NCBI GenBank assembly: GCA_025201805.1
Contig: MU619307.1
Location: 76,268-140,267 of the forward strand
DNA from: Parasitella parasitica NRRL 2501
Taxonomy: Eukaryota > Fungi > Mucoromycota
Reading direction: 5' to 3'
Length of the DNA stretch: 64,000 bases
In this document: piece after piece, positions 10,886 to 25,588 of the stretch
Numbering within the stretch: the stretch's first letter is position 1
How the letters are laid out: every line of letters begins with the position of its first letter
Notes under the pieces: model-generated
Told to the model about the DNA's origin: nothing
Databases searched by the model: none
The model's input: only the letters and a program-made list of their open reading frames with translations
Made by a program: the position numbers and the translations under genes

Positions 10886-13350
10886 ATGAAGTTCTCACAT
10901 CAAATACAGTTTAATGCAGTGCCAGATTGGGCAGACTATTATCTCCCGTAAGTTTCTTTTTTTTTTTTGGTCCAAAACAAAAATAAATACCAACAAAATG
11001 TAAACAAAAACTAGATATTCCAACCTCAAAAAGCTAATTTACTCGATTGAAAAGGAGAGAGTGACTAGCAAGGGCCATCGCTTATCCATTGATCTCGAAG
11101 ACGGCAACGAGATACCACCTAGTGAACACACCGCTCTTATCAGCGACGACCCAGTGGAACAAGAAAATCATCAATTCGTGAGTTCATTAAACAAATCATT
11201 GGACAAAATCGTAAAGTTCTACGCAAAGAAGGAAACTGAACTGTACGATGAGATGGAGGAATTGGTGGGCGATTTTGAATATCTGAATCGTCATGACGCT
11301 GCTGTTGCCACGCAATTACGTCGTCTTAGCTTAACAAACCGGGACGCTACGCTTGGTCGTCAACCAGAAGAACAAGATAGGATAAGGAGCAACACTAATC
11401 AATTGCCAAGAAGGGAATCCAACGTGGAGGGCGACTCATTTCTGCCCCCCAACATCATCTCCAAGAATGTCACTGACACGGATCCTGCAGCTCTCGAGGT
11501 CCCCACTCATATTGCACCACCCAGCACCTCAAGCGGCCCAATGTGGCCACGGGAAGCCGTGGATGACGTTGTGGAACTGAGAAAACGAACTGTGGATCTC
11601 TTTGTCTTGCTGTCTGAACTCAAGTCGTTCGTTGCGCTCAATCTCACAGCATTTGCAAAAATCCTCAAGAAATACGACAAGATCACTAACAGTAATCTAA
11701 AGCGCTACTATACATCTACATATGTCTCTCAGGCGTATCCATTCAAGACTGCTACAAAGGCCAGATTGAACGAACGTATCCAGCAAACGGAAAGAGCTTA
11801 CGCTATTCTGGCCACGGGAAACAACTTGGATGTTGCTATCGAAGAGCTGAAAACGCACTTGCGAGAGCACATTGTTTGGGAGAGAAATACTGTCTGGAAA
11901 GACTTGATAGGACAAGAGAGAAGGACACAAACTGTGGGCCTCAGTGATGTAAAGCCTTCGTCTGTACACACTCCTTTCGGTACAGTTCGAATCACTCGTG
12001 ACCAAGCTATGAGCTACTTGTATCTGGTTGCTTGCGTTGCTGTGTTTATACTGCTGATGCGATCCGAAATATTCGACACTGTTGAGCAGAACCGTTGTTT
12101 GGCCATCCTTGTATTTGCAAGCATGCTGTGGGCTGGAGAGGTAAGTGGCTTCTTTTGTAAGACGGGTACATCTGGCTTACGTACTGGTTATCCAGGTCAT
12201 GCCGCTTTTCGTTACTGCTCTGCTGGTGCCGTTTCTTATCATTATACTGCGTGTGATGCGTTCAGATGATGGTCATTATACTCGTCTGAATGCTCCAGAT
12301 GCAACAAAACGTGTTTTTGGTGCCATGTTCTCCCCCGTCATCATGCTGTTATTGGGTGGTTTCGCTATTGCTGGTGCATTGAGCAAGTTTGGCATTGCTA
12401 AATCAATGGCCACTTATGTCTTGTCCAAGGCCGGCACCCGTCCCAGTCGAGTATTGATTGTAAATATGATGGTGGCTACTGTTGCAAGTATGTGGATTAG
12501 CAATGTTGCTGCACCTGTGCTTTGCTTTTCATTAATACAGGTAAGAAAGGATGTTGAAGGGGAGCGGGGGATTAGGAGCAGGCGCAGGCAGGAAGGGGGT
12601 GTTTGACTTATAACTCGTGCTATTAGCCAATTCTTCGTACGCTACCTGTCGACTCTACATTTGGGCCCTGCCTAATTATTGGCATTGCTCTTGCTTCAAA
12701 CTTGGGTGGTATGGCGTCGCCTATCTCATCGCCCCAGAATATCATTGCTATTCAAAATATGAGCCCTGCACCTTCCTGGGCAGAATGGTTCATTATCTCT
12801 ATTCCACTCTGCATTGTTGGCAATTTGATCATTTGGCTTTGGTTGCTATACAACTATAACCCCGAAAAGCACACACCGCAAATTCACACTATCCGTTCTA
12901 ATTCTGACCCTGTTAATGCTACGCAGCTCTATGTCATCATTGTCACATTGATCACTATTTTGCTCTGGTGTTTGGCTCATTCCTACGAGCACATTTTTGG
13001 CGATATGGGGGTCATCGCCATCTTGCCCTTAATTGCCTTTTTTGGCACGGGTTTGTTGACAAAGGACGATTTTAACAACTTTTTGTGGAATGTCATCATG
13101 TTGGCAATGGGTGGCATTGCTCTGGGTAAGGCTGTGGAAAGCTCTGGCCTACTCAAAACTATTGCCTCTCAAATTGAAGCCATGGTACAGGGATTCTCTG
13201 CTTTCCAGGTACTGTTTGTGTTTAGCTGTTTGGTGCTTGTCATTGCTACCTTTATTAGCCACACTGTTGCTGCTCTCATCGTTTTACCCATTGTCGCTGA
13301 AGTCGGCTCTCAATTAGAAGATCCTCAGCCGAGAATGCTGGTCATGGTAA

Positions 13351-13387
<37 letters not shown>

Positions 13388-13632
13388 CTTGATATAGTGC
13401 ATGGGATACTGATTTTCGCATCTAAAAGGGCACTGCTTTTGTCTGCTCGGCTGCCATGGGCCTTCCTGTCTCTGGCTTCCCCAACATGAATGCTATTTCA
13501 CAAGAAAATGAACTTGGAAAGCCATATCTAACCACAAAGGACTTTTTGGTCAATGGCGTGCCTTCGAGCATTTTCTCCATGTTGTGTATAACTACTATCG
13601 GTTATGGTCTAATGGCCTTGATTGGATTCTAG
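10886..13632 (+). CDS. PHO91: SPX-domain low-affinity phosphate transporter (Pho87/Pho90/Pho91, SLC13/DASS family)
   Basis: Spliced start MKFSHQIQFNAVPDWADYYLPYSNLKK; SPX motif LNLTAFAKILKKYDK; HLREHIVWERNTVW; SMWISNVAAP; ASPISSPQN; MGLPVSGFPN. Four introns; stop TAG at 13630-13632. Exact paralog uncertain. Confidence 0.92.
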
Positions 13633-14575
13633 TTGGTATTTTGCTATCGCACCTTTGAATTTTAGATTTTTATCACCAATCAACAAAGTTACTTTTGCTA
13701 TATTGATTGAAATCTCATAAACCAAACATTGCAATGTTATGAGTGAAATCTAATGCTGTATCGTACGGAAATTGTGATTTTCTTACTCGGAGGGAGGGGG
13801 GGGGGGGAAGGCGCGGATTTTAACCCAAAACAATATTGATTAAACAGACTTTCAACTTTTCGGGTTATTACCAAGTGGACTATAAGGTAAAATGATGAGC
13901 ATACACAGCGATTCGAGCATATATGTCATGACATATTATAAAAACAAGCTTTGTGCTGCTTGCTGACATTACTGTATGCTATTAAGACGTTCCTCATTTT
14001 GAAGACAAAGATTCGTCAGAATGACCAAGAGAGAAGGGCCTTCATTTGTGCCTAAAAGCATCATGAAAAAGTACTATAACAATGTGCTGCTCCTACAGTA
14101 TCCACATAGTTGGATCATGCCTCATTGAGGTGGATATAGCAAGATTATGGTAATCGTTAAAGCTAATTGTTTTTCTCTCAAGTTGATTCAATCAATTCTG
14201 ATGTCGCGCAAAAGTTAGCACAGTGACATTCAAATGTGCGATTCGTATTTAACAATCGCATGGACGCTAAAAGTGTCTACGGGTGTTATTATTGTCTTTA
14301 TCAAAGGGCGAGTACGCCTCTCGTATCTCTTCACGCATCATTTGGTCAGACATCGTTTATAACAATAAAGATAATTCTATATTGTGTCCTGCTGGCGCGT
14401 AGACGATAACATAGCGTACAATTTACCAGGCAGCAGCGTCTTTTTGGAAAGAGAAAGAGAAAGAGAACAGATAAAAGGTGCAAGTCGGTTTCAATATTTT
14501 AATCTTTCCTTTAATGTAGATGTATATACATAGCGAGTGTTGTGGTCGTTTTTATGTTTATTTACAAATAGAAAA

Positions 14576-16373
14576 TCAAGAAAAAGGCAGGTTGTAATTA
14601 TTAAATGCAGAAGTAGTAACAGTGGCCGATACATCTTCTTCATCAGAGCCATAGCACGAGGATGAATTTGACGAAGCAACCAAAGGGCCAGCATAGGGAT
14701 CACTGCCTAGAAAGAAATTACCGGGATGCACCAGGCAACCAGGACATGTACACTGGTTTCCACAATAGCAAGTAACGATACGTGTGGTTGTGGGATAGTT
14801 TTCCTGTAGTGGTCGTTTGTCTGTAGCATTATTATTAGTGGACAGAGGCGTAATTGTAATCACAACTGATTCGCCTTGAACAGAATTAGAAGCAGGTTTG
14901 CAGCATGTTGGTCGAGGTACAAAACTTCCACATTGAGACCGCATTGTAGTAGGCACAGCATGAGCCATAGCTGGCGCTGCAGTAGCTGAGATACTCGAAC
15001 GCTGGCTAGTCGAAGAGACTGAATCTATCTCATCTTCCTTGAATACATTATTCAGTATTGCTGTCAGTTCTTCAGCATTAGCTAAATCCCCCATAAATTG
15101 AGTGCCATTGCCATTGCCATTGCTATTGCTGTTACTGTTGCCATTAGATAATATTTCAAGTTGCTCTGTAAGATAATCAAAATGCATATCCATAGGCTCG
15201 CAAGAAGTGACAACCAACGATGAATTGGAAGAAGACAGTGGATGGGGGGAAACAGCAGATGAAGGGGGTGTCGATAAGCTATAGTCAGTAATTGTATTTA
15301 TAGCAAGATTCGAAGTATCAATCAAAGCATTGGCAGGTAAACGATTTGCAGGCCTTGCTGATGGCTGCTTGGTAGAACGCCGTCTTCTCACCCGAGGTTG
15401 ACCATCCAAGAATCTCTGCGATGTGGGTTTATGAAAGATAAAACCGAGATGCGTGTTATGGTTGGTATCTAGATCATCGCCGGTATCCATCATCATGTCG
15501 GTGAATAGCTGATTTGATTCCAATGCAGCAGTAGTCGTAGTAGCACTGGAGATAAGGGAGGCAGCACCATTACTGCTAGTGGCAAAGTCCATTTGATTGG
15601 ATGGAGGGGAGGTGATCAACGCCCATGAGTAGGACAGGTTTTCTTCTTCTTTCATTACAGGCACCTTGGGACAGAGTGGCGCTAAATGCCCTTCATGTTG
15701 GTTCGCAGACGATGAACATTGTTGATATTGATTGAACCCTAAATTGGACGATGACGATTTGACCATGGGGACATTGCTGACAAACGTTGCGGGATTACTA
15801 GTAGTGGATGAAGCAGCAGCAGCAGCAGCAGCAGTCGTGGTATTAGTAGTATTAGTAGTAATAGTAGTACCGGCAACATTTGTAGATGGACAGGTGCAAT
15901 CACTTGCTGCTGCTTTTTTGTCTTGGCACACATCCACAGTCATGATATCATTAGCCACAGGGGAAGTTGTAGAAGTAGCGGTTGTTGCGTTTAATGTTTT
16001 AGGAGAGCACGATGAATTGTTGCGATAAATCAATAATGGATTGCTGTTTGTAGAGTCGACTGCTGAATACATCTTTTTTGTTATATAAATGCTTTATTTA
16101 TATCCTTTTTTTATATATATTTACCTTTTTTATCAGTACATGCGCATTTGATATGTACTTGTTTTGTTTTTCGAAGATCTCTACAAAAAGTACATTGAGT
16201 GACAGGGCGACCTTTCTTGCGAATTTCAAATAGTGGACGATCAACATGACTGCAATGAGAGGAACGATGGCCCTGTTCTTGTATATTAATATCCACCTAA
16301 TGTAATACAAGAAAAAAAATTTTCTTACCTTGATACAAGTTGAACAAGCATATTTTAAACCGTTAATGTACAT
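14576..16373 (-). CDS. Copper-fist transcription factor, Mac1/Cuf1/GRISEA type
   Basis: Spliced N-terminus KYACSTCIKGHRSSHCSHVDRPLFEIRKKGRPVTQC; C-terminal CxCxxxCxCxxCxxH motif (CYCGNQCTCPGCLVH); two introns. Confidence 0.9.
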
Positions 16374-18159
16374 GCTGCTTAGAATTTTTCTGAATTTTGA
16401 GTGTGTTTGTGTTTGTGTGTGTTTGTAGTTTTGTTTGTAGTTTTGTTTATGTGCTTGTGGTGGGATGTACAGTTATTTTTTTTTTTAAGAATAGGAATAA
16501 TAATAGTTATATGAAAATGGGTGGTGGGGACGAAAGATACAAAGCAAAGTATCAAGCACTACTCCGATAGTTGTAATTACACTTTTGGAGACGCAAAGAA
16601 ATCATACCAATAACGAAGAGAAGGTATTTTGATGCTCTTGTTGGGATAATATGTAAATTATATAAAACCAACTATAAAAATGACCAAGGAAAGAGGGAAA
16701 AAAGGGGAGGAAATTTATGAGGAAAAGAGAGATAAATAAATAAGAGAAATGCGTACAGCAGATGCGATAGGAACAGATACTAAATGTTGGAAAAGTGATA
16801 AGAGGAAAGAAGGGAAAAGCTGAAAAAAGAGGAGACGTATAAATACTCGTAATAAAAAAAAAAAGGGAGATCATTTTCCAATGTCTACGGTATTATGGTT
16901 GCCAATGTTTGTCATCTCTTCGCCGCTGTTGGTCTCCCCAATTGCAATTTTATTTAAACGGAGTTAGCTCATTAACACAAGGAAGTATGTGTAAATAAGG
17001 AGGGGGGAGAGCATGAGATGTAGTGAGAATTGCCTTGAGTCTTTTCAGATCAGCTGCTTCAATCCAAATGCACCCAAAGCGCTTCGCGCCAATTGAAAAA
17101 TGATTGCACTTTGCAAAGCCATGGGCTGCTTTTTAGGGGCCGTGTACCGGCTGCCTAGGGGCCTCTACTAAATGCACGCTAATATGCGATTTGGCTCGCA
17201 AGCTGAAATAGTAGGTTTATTCAAATGGGAGTAAACGTATTGGGAGACATGTCAAGTAATCTACAGTACGAAATGAGCAAGACTTTAAAATCATTTAGTC
17301 TTCCAATCACCATCTACAAGCCGAACCATCTATTAAAATGTATTTAGCAATATAGAGTGTTCATGGCTATAAAAGAAAGTGTTAGCATGAAGATATAAGC
17401 GCATGTGAAAGGTGGCAAGTGATCTCGACCTACAACATTTAAATCTGATACTGACTTCAACCGAAGATACATCTTGTACGTCTAGCAAATAAACATCCAA
17501 GCAACTTTGTCTGAATTCATAAAATAGAATTTCAATGCGATTGCTGAAGACTCATATGTCAAAAAATTAGAGCATAAACAAACTATCGTCAACCTGAGGC
17601 AGCAGATATACAGGGATTGCACTCTAAAGAGAACAAAAACGTAGGCTGGAGCACTGACTTAAGTGGCTGAACAACAATAACAACTTCATACTATTTCTAC
17701 ATGCTCTGGAATAAATAAGCATTGCGAATTTGTAAACGATGATACAGAAACAAAGCTTGGCCACATTCCGAACAAGCAAGACTCTGATACATCATAATTT
17801 TGACTGAAACATGCTCATATAGTCCCAGTTTGATGGTGAACCATAGATTTTAGTAGTGAAGGCTGAAATTACAGATATTCACTTGATTTTGATGTGTAAA
17901 AAAAGGGCTTTTTTTATTTTATTTTTAATACTGCAATAATAAAAAAGAATATAAAGTATGAAAAAGTGTTATGAGATGAATTTTTTTTATAAAGAGTTGG
18001 GTGGTTTACAATAAGGTGCTTCTAAAATAATGATTTTGGTTGAAAGGATTTTGGGTTAGATTAAAAATGGAAGTAATTTTTTTTGTTGGAATATGAAGAG
18101 TATGACTTTGTGCAAGCAATAAGAGGTGGGTTATTTACAAAAAGGTTGATGAATAGAAC

Positions 18160-20158
18160 TTAAAAAAGAGGGTCTAGTAAATGAGCAGCTGCAGAGAAAT
18201 TATCTTGAAAGTCTTCTTCAAGCTTGACCAAATCTTGACCAGCCACTGCACTTGAGGGCAGGGAAGGGGACATGAGAGAATCATAGCATTTCATATCATT
18301 GTTATTGGTGTCGAGCAGCATAAAAGTATCATTGACAGGTGGCAACCTAAATGAATCATAGAGATCCGAATCAGCAAATCCAAAAAGGCCTGCATTGACA
18401 GGTGGGCTGGGCGTACAGGCTGCTGAAGAATTTGAAGAGGTGAGACAACTGATCGAAGATTCGTCAAAGGGCGAAAAACGAGCATCATTGTACATAGAAT
18501 CATAGGAAGGAGATATCATAGGATCTGCGTCAGTTTGGCGAGGTAAATTGGTCATGGCGGGTCCGTTGAATGAGAGCTTAGAGGTAGTGGTGTGTGCTGC
18601 TTCATCGTCCAGCGAGAAACATTCGCCAAAATCGAGAGATGCTGTAGTAGTAGTAGTGTCTTTTTCCTTCTTTTTGTCAAACAAGGCATTTTGGGCATCC
18701 AGGGCAGATGTCGTTAACGGTGTGGTGTTAGCTGTCGACACCATTTTCACAAGATCCTGTTGTTCAATAGTAGCATTAGGAGTGACAATCACGCGAGCGG
18801 GAGAAGTACGAGGTGAATGCTTGCGAGGTTTGAGAGATGGCATAAATTTGGATCGGTAGATATCCAAAGCACGTTGAAGTAAATTCTTCTTTCCAGCCAA
18901 CACTCTAGGATTCAAGTAAGCCTGTAAGGTTGGTTAATATCTAGCTCTATGTTCTCACAAATATATAAGCTTACCAATTTCCAGCAGAGTTCATTGCAGA
19001 TTGAATCTTCCATCCATCTGTCACGACCGCCAACGTAGTAATCAGGATTGGTTGTCGCAGATGCTTTAGGAAACGGACAGTTTTGCTTGCGGAAGTCTTG
19101 AGATATTTCATCTAATGAAACAGCTTCGACATTGATTTTGATACGATAACGAGCGTTGGTAATCAAATCATCAATAGCAATTGTTTTTGGTTGGTGATTA
19201 GGCTTGACTGTAGCAGCTTCTAATGAGGTACAAGGCAAGGATTGATCGATTACTGAGTTGGCAGAGATGGCTGTTGTAGAGGCATTATCAACGTAATTCA
19301 TATCTTCATCTTCCTCTCTGTTCTTTCTCTTTCGAAGAGTCCCGTTCAATAATTTCTCCTGACGAGCAACACGTCTTGATCTCATACTGGGATAACGATT
19401 ACGGTAAGAATCAACAGCACGTTGAATCAAACCACGTTTACCTGCAATTTCTGTTTTGTTCAACCATGCAAGCTTCCAGCCTAAGTCATTACACTCAGTC
19501 TCATAAGCCCATCTGTTTCCTTTGTAAGTTTCTTTGGGGAGATTAGCACGCGGGTACACCTATTCACAACAAGTTAGTTTATTTGTTCGTTTCCCTTTAA
19601 GCATATACATACACAATTCTCGGCTTTGAACTTATCGTCAACAATATCCAATGCTACCGTTTGGATGTCTGTTCTAATGGAATAGCGTTTGAGGATACGA
19701 TTATGGGAGTAAACAAAAGAGACCCATTCGACACCATCTTTGATTTCGGCAATGGGCTCATTAGAGGTTACAGGCGTAGTGGTGGTAGCAGCAGTTTTAG
19801 CTGGATTCACAGCGGCGGCAGAACTGGAACCAGTAGAGTTACTTTTAACTGAAACTGTAGAGACAGGTACGTGCAAGGCGGCTGAAACCATGGCAGCAGC
19901 TAACGCATTGGCGATCGCAGCTGTTGAAGAGGAATTATCCATAACAATCCCGTCTTCGACTTTCAATGGTGCAGTGGGAGGAGAGGATACAGGGGAAGGA
20001 AGATGTGATTTCTCCATCTTTCTGCGCTTGATCCGGCTAATTGTGTTTTCAATCATATTGATTTGTTCGGATGTGAGGCATTCCAAGATGGATTCGGCCT
20101 TGTTTGGTGCGCTGATGAGGTCTTTGAGTAATAATGTGGTTGGTGATGAATTACCCAT
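18160..20158 (-). CDS. Conserved fungal protein with two tandem copies of an uncharacterised domain
   Basis: Three ORFs joined by introns (about 19560-19612 and 18922-18974). Copy 1: YSIRTDI...NCVYPRA...RWAYETECNDLGWKLAWLN...GKRGLIQRAVDSYRN. Copy 2: YRIKINV...NCPFPKA...RWMEDSICNELCWKLAYLNP...GKKNLLQRALDIYRS. Confidence 0.8.
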
Positions 20159-20469
20159 AATAAATAATAATAAAAAGAGGGGGTGGAAGTTTGTTTCAAG
20201 TTAAGAGGAATAAATAAATAAATAACCGTTAAAGAGCGAGAATATTGCGTATCTTATTTAATGAGTATCAATAGTCTCAGTTGGTGAATATGTTGGGATC
20301 ATAAAATGTCAAATTTGGAAGATCTTGTAGAGAAAAAGGTTGAGATTGACGTTACAAAAATGGAATGATTGTTGTCAATGACGACGAACGCTTCAGGAAT
20401 GAGTTGAATAAAGGCAAAGGAAGAAAGAAGAAGCTTTACGAAAAAGTGGGGAAGGATATATAAATCTCG

Positions 20470-20479
20470 NNNNNNNNNN
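20470..20479. other. Assembly gap (10 N)
   Basis: Run of N next to poly-A. Confidence 1.
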
Positions 20480-22639
20480 AAAAAAAAAAAAAAAAAAAAT
20501 CGGAGACTTTATTATGATTCAAATTGAGCTTCAGGGATGGATTTTAGTCCATGATTTTTATGTGTAACATTTCATTGAAGAAAGCAAGATGTTGGCACCG
20601 ACTTTTGTATTCAATTCTTTTACAAATCATTCTTTTACATTAATATTGTAGACCATTTTACAAATAAAATAACTCTAAATTCGACGTGGTTTGGGCTTGA
20701 TTTCAGTGCTTAAATTTCTTTCTTGTCTTTGATCGAATACAGTTTGGTATTCCGATGTTTCCGTGAATGGCCGATATTTTTATATTACATCAAGAAAATT
20801 TTTTTCGTAGGAGAGACCACCCATTGCCTTGATCCCAATTCAGGAAGCCTAATTTACGTATTTGTGTATAGATATATTTACAAGTGTGTCGTGATGCTGT
20901 TTCAGACTGGTCTTCTGTATTTATAATAATGAATTCTTAGTTATTTAATCAGTACTATTTCTTTTTATTAAAGGACACAGGTAAAGAGCAATGTCTTTGT
21001 TTGATTTTCACGTTCGTCACAGAAGAATAGCGGAAATCCTAATTGGCTTTGAAGCCGCTGTATTCGCACCAGTTATTCACAGGAAGATCAAACAAGAGGC
21101 TGAACACATTCTATTGTGTTAATAAAGATCAGCGTTGTATATTCCACATACTAAAAGATCCTTAAATGATTCGCGATTCTGAAAATAACCTTCATTACGG
21201 CCTGGTATAAGGCAATAGTTCAATACCAATTAAATATTGAGCTTGTTAAGGCCATTTGAGATCTACTGAAGAGCCAACGACGGCATAGTTTATCGAACTA
21301 AGGCAGTCTGTGTCTGAGCTTTCGACACGCTGATGTGTTCCTTATAGACGATATATTTTTCTGATGATTTCTATCATGTGTTTTCTGCTTCGTTTATTTG
21401 AAAATTCTGGCTTAGGATTAACATTCCTGGATGTTGAATTCACAATTAAACATAGCATAATACTCGCTAATAGCATCCTTGGAATTCATCCTGTACTTCA
21501 ATTGTGATTAATATGCAGCATATATTTTCACGCATGTACAAAAATCTATAAAATAAACCTTTGTAACAATAAGAAGCAGCCCCAAATCACATATTCTTCT
21601 TCGCGAACACCCATCCTATTTTATTGTATTCCCAGTTATGCGGCCTATTTAAATCTTTTACTTGATACCTGTGTATATTCTTTACATGGTTTCTGCATCC
21701 TGTGACCCTTAAGTATATATCTCAAATGTTTTATTTAAGAAAGCCTCTTTGGGCTGTGTGGCTAATAAATTGACTTGGACAACATTGAAGGCTTATGATG
21801 ATGGAAGAACAGAATGTTACTACTGAATAGACGGGATACGTGATGGTTATTAAAACCTTATGCCACAGCAAATTTGTCGTAAGATACAGTTGAGAGTTAT
21901 TTGTGAAGATCAGTATTATTTCTTAATCAATTAATAAATAAAAAGACTACGATGAAGTGAATCACGAAGAACGTAGAATCTTTATTATTCAGTAAAAAGG
22001 AAGCCTAGAACTCTCAGGTCTTGAATTCTATATTTACTTAGCCCACTCTTAAAAATGCGAAACCTTCAACAATATTTTTATCACATTGATTTTACCCCAT
22101 AACTTTCAAAAAGAATACATTAAAGATTAAACATTCTAAATTCATGCTTCATTTCCACAGTGCGATATATATTCTATTATCCGTATATTAATAAAAAGAT
22201 CTTTATAGGTATTCGAGACTTGATGCAATTTATTATTATAAAATACAGGATGAGAGATTCTAATCTAATATGTCCAACTATTTAATACTTTTCTGTGAAC
22301 ATTTACATTTATAGACGATGCTTTTTTTTTTCGGTCGATATAAACCACACTATGATTCAATCCAGTTGATGCCAACAAGGTGGCAAGCGGGTTTTTAGCT
22401 ACTAGAGAGTACTAACACAAATAAATGAGCAAAAAACCTATCAGACCATCGCGAGTGCAAAGCTGTCAAAGCTTACAGTTTCACAGATATTTGATTATTT
22501 TAAGAGGTTCGGATAAAGAACAAGTAGAAACTTGAACATATTATAGCCCAGGCTTCTTCTTCAATAAAATTGCAAGACAATGCATATTATATCATGAGAT
22601 CCAATATTGAAGTGCTATCCATACTAGATTTTAAGTACT

Positions 22640-24800
22640 AGTTGGCAAAAAATCGAAATTTGCAAAAAAAAAAAAAGAACTTTTTGAATTTGGCAAAACA
22701 TTTAATTACGCACCGACGATAATTATACATTAAAAATTGTTTTTGCACATAAATTTTTGAAAAACACGTTGCCCATTGGAGACTAAGTACATATAGAATA
22801 GCCCTAGTCATTTCTAACATAGTTATATTAAGCCTAGAACCTTGCAAGAGGTTCAATTTACAACTTATAGCTTATTTCTTATTTGTAAAAGAATTACCAA
22901 CAATCAATATTATGATCCGTATATTTAAAGATTACATCAAGATCAATTTGCGGGATGTCGGGAGGACATCTTAACCACATCTTTTCTTTAATGTAAAATA
23001 GAAAAATAGGTCTGTCCTGGAAATGCCGAGTAATTCAATAATGTTTGACAGTTTTTGTCAAGCATCAGATGTTATGTGGATAAACATATTGGCTACAGTA
23101 TATAAATAGATATCATATCTTATGTCAAGAAAAGTCTTCAGTTTTGTATCTGGTTTTATTCAGAGAGAGTCTTTATTACTTCTTATATATAAAATTTACA
23201 CAATATTTCGCTGCGCCTTTTTACACTGGCACGGTACAATTCAATCGGTCACATCTGTTTGATTATAATACTTTGAAGAAAGGCATTTTTATGGTATCAA
23301 AAATACTTACTTTATAGGGCTTTGTCATGTACTAGTATTAATATTGACGTGATATCACCTCCAGAAAGATATTTTTACAGCTTAAAAGCAAGAACTTAAA
23401 CTTCGTGAGCCATTTTTTGGCTAATTTTTATAATCAAAAGTGCCCTCAAAATATCAGAAATAGTATTCATTGGGAAGAAACTATATTATATATGATTTTG
23501 GTGCAATTTGAGCATGATTTTTTTTTCGATGTAAAATGACGGATTTTTTCGATTTTTTCCTTGTATCCACGCATACAAAATCATTGATTATGCATTAACC
23601 TCGATTTTGACCTCAAAAATGCAACTTTTTACTATAGCATATATTGGAGGAAAATGATCGTAAAAGACCATTCCTTGATCTGAAAGACTGGAAATGCGCT
23701 CTGAATAAGCAAAATATTGACTTTTCCCTCTTTATATGCTTTTGAGGTTTTCTCAACAGAATTACTTCCATAAGCATACAGGAATTATAAAATGATACCA
23801 GCGTGTAGAGCGCCCAAAAATACAGCTATTATCATAAACTGGCAGCTGTGGTATGCATAGTATCAGAGGATGATATCTTGCCTCAAAAGAGTAATTTTAT
23901 TTTCGAAATGTCCAAATCGAGTTTCTGAAAGAATTTGGCCAAGAATTTTTCCTTCCTGATTTTGGACTTATTTAATCGCCGCCACCAAAGAAAAACGGTA
24001 CTTTTTTCAAGAAAGTATTAGCTTTTGAGAAGCTATGGGTAACCCAATTCAAGAGAGAAATAGTTGAAACCTAGTTTATTAAAATCTTATGCTTCTTGGC
24101 TTTCTAATGGTAGTACTCGCATGTCTGTACCTGGCCTGACGACTTCACGCTCCGATTTTGAAAAACATCTTTCCGAAAAAAAGTCAGAAAAGTCGTTACC
24201 TTCATCTGATGTCAACTTTAAAAGTACAAAAACTTGCTCTAAGCAATGCAAATATGTGATCAAAAGATGTCTTATAGTCTAATGTATTACTTTTTATTAC
24301 TAGTTTTTGTGTTTGAAACCGCTAAACATTGTTTTCTTACAGTTTTGTCTTTTTTCTGACAGTAACACACTGAAGTTCGTGTAGACCAAAAAAAAAACAG
24401 GCACCTGAAATCTACGCTGGTTTTGCAAAGATACACACTTTTGAAGCATTCTTATATTGCGGAAAAAGATAGCACAGGTTTGACCAACTGTTCTACTGTG
24501 CAACTGGATATAGAAGACCCAGCTTGGTATTTGTCTGACAAGACCTTCCACACTAGAAAATGCCATGGAAAAGGAAACAATTTGCCACAAGGATAGCACA
24601 TCCATTCATAAAAAAATATCTGTTTAGAAATTTATGAAATCCCAAGGACATAAATGTGTTTATCTTCAACCTTGCTCTCCGTTTCTGGATCCAATTAAAA
24701 GTTTTTGATACAAAGTTAACAGACACACTTACACCCAGAATCACAGATGTTTGTCAATAGACAACCGCAAACTTTTTGAAAGACCAACTTGAACTTTAAG
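22640..24800. repeat. Possible degenerate non-autonomous transposon or repeat sequence
   Basis: Gene-free and AT-rich with many A/T runs and short palindromes; no TIR pair could be established. Confidence 0.25.
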
Positions 24801-25588
24801 AACTTAAATGATATGATTTAAATAGCTTATTTCACAACACATTCTCTTTGTATTTTCACTATGAATGAAACAAAGCAATCACTCTTTTTCTTTATGGAAA
24901 TCCCCACTTGGAATCTTTTTAGGGAGACATTTCTCTTCTCCCAGAAACTTCTTAGCTTTTATCAGAGATAAAAGATTTGTTACCAGAAACCTTAATATAT
25001 ATTATCACAATCACCGTTAACTTCATCATTTACTTAAACTTTTTTTTTCAGACACTGCAAAATGACAGTAGGTTTGGTGTTACAAGTGCAAATACAACAA
25101 AATTCGCTTTTCCCACTTACGTATGAGCCATAAATAACAATTATCAGTTCCAATACAAAAACCATGCAAACAAGTGAACTTTCTCTTTGCGTGGTGTTGT
25201 AGGTTAGCTTCTTTCTGTCTCAATGCTGCCTCACCCAAAAACTACGAAACAAAATGTTGCATCAATAGGTATTCATTATATCATGAGGCTAATCTTTTCG
25301 CCCAGCATGACAACAGAAAACTGTTATCCATGAAAATTGTTAATAAAGGTTTGGTAACCACACCTTCAATGGAAGTCAACTAGGTACCGTATACAGTAGC
25401 TTGATGGTTCCTGTAGACGACTACATCAAGATGTCACATTCAGTGACGTTTGCTTTTTTTTTTTTCACTTCAAAAACCTTCACGCGTCTTTTTACAAACA
25501 ATATCCTTTTCGTACGTGTGTCATTTCACTGATATAAAAGCAACTCTTTGATTACTTGTGAAATTACAACTGATTTTATTACTTAAGC

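Noticed and set aside
17250-17880. Faint Tc1-HTH-like peptide fragments
   Set aside because: Too degenerate to support without a search.
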